DNA of 64,000 bases from Azolla caroliniana (lineage: Eukaryota > Plantae > Polypodiophyta): the NCBI GenBank assembly GCA_043228905.1, contig JBHGNT010000013.1, forward strand, positions 1,860,001 through 1,924,000, in the 5' to 3' direction. The notes below the pieces were generated by a model. That model was given only the letters and a program-made list of their open reading frames with translations, made no database searches and was not told the origin of the DNA. Of the stretch, positions 62,046-64,000 are shown one piece after another. Numbering within the stretch: the first letter of the stretch is position 1; every line of letters begins with the position of its first letter. The position numbers and the translations under genes are program-made.

Positions 62046-64000
62046 GACTCGTGACATTACAACCATGACGACTCCGATCGGGCTCGTGTGGAGGTGTACC
62101 TTACCTCAAGGTGCAACAAACTCGGTGGCACATATGGTGAATGCCATGAACAAGGTCTTCAAGGATTGCATCCCGGACATCACGATGTCATTCTTAGATG
62201 ATATTCCAATAAAAGGATGTTCGGATGAAGAGAAGAATGAATCAAAAGATAAGGAAGGGTGTAGAAAGTTCGTCGCGATCATATGAAAGATTGCGATAAG
62301 GTGCTCCAAAGCCTCGAAGACGTGAATTTGACATTTGCAGGAGAGAAATCCGCATTCGGGCAACCAGAGATCTTGGTGGTAGTTCACTTATGTGGAGCAT
62401 ATGGCCGGAAGCCTTCGCCATCAAAGGTAAACGCGATCCAGGACATGAAAGAAGAATGCATAAACCAAATGGAGGTTCAAAGGTTCCTTGGAGCATGCGC
62501 ATTTTACCATATTTGGATTCCGCACTACGCCCATGTCGCCAAGCCTTTATATGGGTTGCTAAAGAAAAGAATGAAGTTGAATGGCGAGACGAGCACACGA
62601 ACGCAATGCGAAGATTGAAGAAACTACTTCTTGAAGCTCCAGCACTAAGAAAAGCCGACTATACCGAAGGAAAGCCGATTTATGTGACTGTAGATACGAG
62701 CCCAACCGGAATTGGGTGGGTCATCAACCAAGAAGGAGAAGATAATGCGTGGTATGCCATCCGGTTTGGAGAAAAAGTTCTCAGCGAATGGCAACAAAGA
62801 TACGCTCAAGTCAAGCGAGAATTTTGGGGTATTCTGTCGGCAGTGAAGATGGACAAAGACTACCTGATCGGATTGGAAGTAATAATTGAGACAGATTGTC
62901 TCCCAATCCTCGGGATGATCTCAGGATGTGCAACACCAGATCTAGCTATCCTAAGGTGGATCGCCTATATTAAGTCTTTAAACCCAGAGATCCGCCATAT
63001 TGCAGGGAAGAAGAACGCCATGGCTAACATGCTGTCGAGGGCAAGATTTGAGAATGGTGGTGACATGGTTTCGGAAGATGAAGATGTCACCCTCAACTTC
63101 TTAGAGATGGCTCTACTATCGGCGGAAGACAAGGGCACGCTAACCCTCCACGCCTTCAATGAGGACGAGTACGAAGGAGAGTGGTTACTAATCAGTAGAT
63201 TCCTAAGAACGATGACAACTGATGCTTCATTGATGAAGGAGGAGGCCTTACGAATCCAGAAGAAAGCCTACCAATTCTTCTTGAAGGGAGGATTCCTTTG
63301 GCGACACCCACAAAGAAGGACAGGAATACCACATCGAGTAGTGGTGAAGAAAGAAGAGCAAGTGACGCTAATGACCGAATTCCACGAGAGTGCCTAGGTA
63401 GGTCATAGAGGAACATGGGCAACGTTCGAGAAGATGAAGGAGAAGTATTGGTGGTCAAGCATGTACAAAGATGTACTTCATTTCGTGTCCACATGCGAAA
63501 CATGCCAAGTACATTTGAATATACGTCATCGTGATGAGCTATGACCAACGTACCCGCTCACCATACACTTCAAATGGATGGTGGATCTGGTCTCAATGCC
63601 AATGGGAGTGGGACAAATGAAGTACTTAGCTCTAGCAAGAGAAGACTTAAAAAATCAAGTGGAAGGACGGGCCTTGACAAATAAAATGACGTCAGCTATT
63701 TGCAAATTTCTACACGAAGAAGTTGTCTATCGATACACATGTGTGGGAAAGATAGTTGCTGACTGAGGGGAGTTGGATGCACACGAAGCAACGGAGGTCT
63801 TCGAACGACTAGGCATGAAGCTCTCCCTCACGACTACCTACAATCCAGAAGCGAATGGGAAGATCAAGCGAGGGCATGAACCTATCGTCAAATCCATCGT
63901 ACGAGCATGCAATGGTCGAGTCGAGAATTGGCCACGACTATTGCCCTATGCCTTGTGGGCTGACAGAACGACACACAGCTCGGTGATGGGGTATATGCCA

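Larger units (their letters stand above)
57447..64000 (+). mobile_element. Gypsy with tRNA-Trp PBS and no chromodomain seen so far (possibly Phygy-like), degenerate, runs off the window
   Basis: LTR end 57893; PBS TGGTGAACCCGATGTGAA (57902-57919); gag knuckle CVWCDSMDHMRRDC; PR LIDHGS; RT PSNAPYSNRWFTV, LPQGATNSVA, FLDDI; RH VDTSPTGIGW; INT H...H/C..C and WMVDLV. Confidence 0.88.

Overview
Eukaryotic land-plant DNA. The retroelement lineages suggest a non-seed plant such as a fern; this is an inference. The left ~11 kb is genic: a 3-exon DUF506 (PDDEXK-like) gene on the minus strand (9762-7170, ~477 aa), plus weakly supported final exons of a convergent plus-strand gene whose putative intron holds a 5'-truncated L1-like LINE. 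11-18 kb is AT-rich sequence I cannot resolve. From 18.5 kb to the end is a nested, rearranged retrotransposon stack: three Tcn1-like chromovirus Gypsy families, three Copia copies plus a solo LTR, an Athila/Tat-like Gypsy, a tRNA-Trp-primed Gypsy carrying a TIR element in its RT, and two inverted copies of one LINE fragment. The most interesting signal is a shared architecture in the chromovirus LTRs. (i) An antisense tRNA-shaped A-box/B-box module sits at the start of U3. (ii) Heat-shock elements or RY motifs precede the TATA box. (iii) A palindrome lies at the predicted transcription start, and where a 5' LTR survives its downstream arm is complementary to the PBS position, i.e. Tf1-like self-priming. 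That palindrome is also the breakpoint of a 439-bp fold-back inside an internally inverted element (18487-24555). All coordinates were read by eye.
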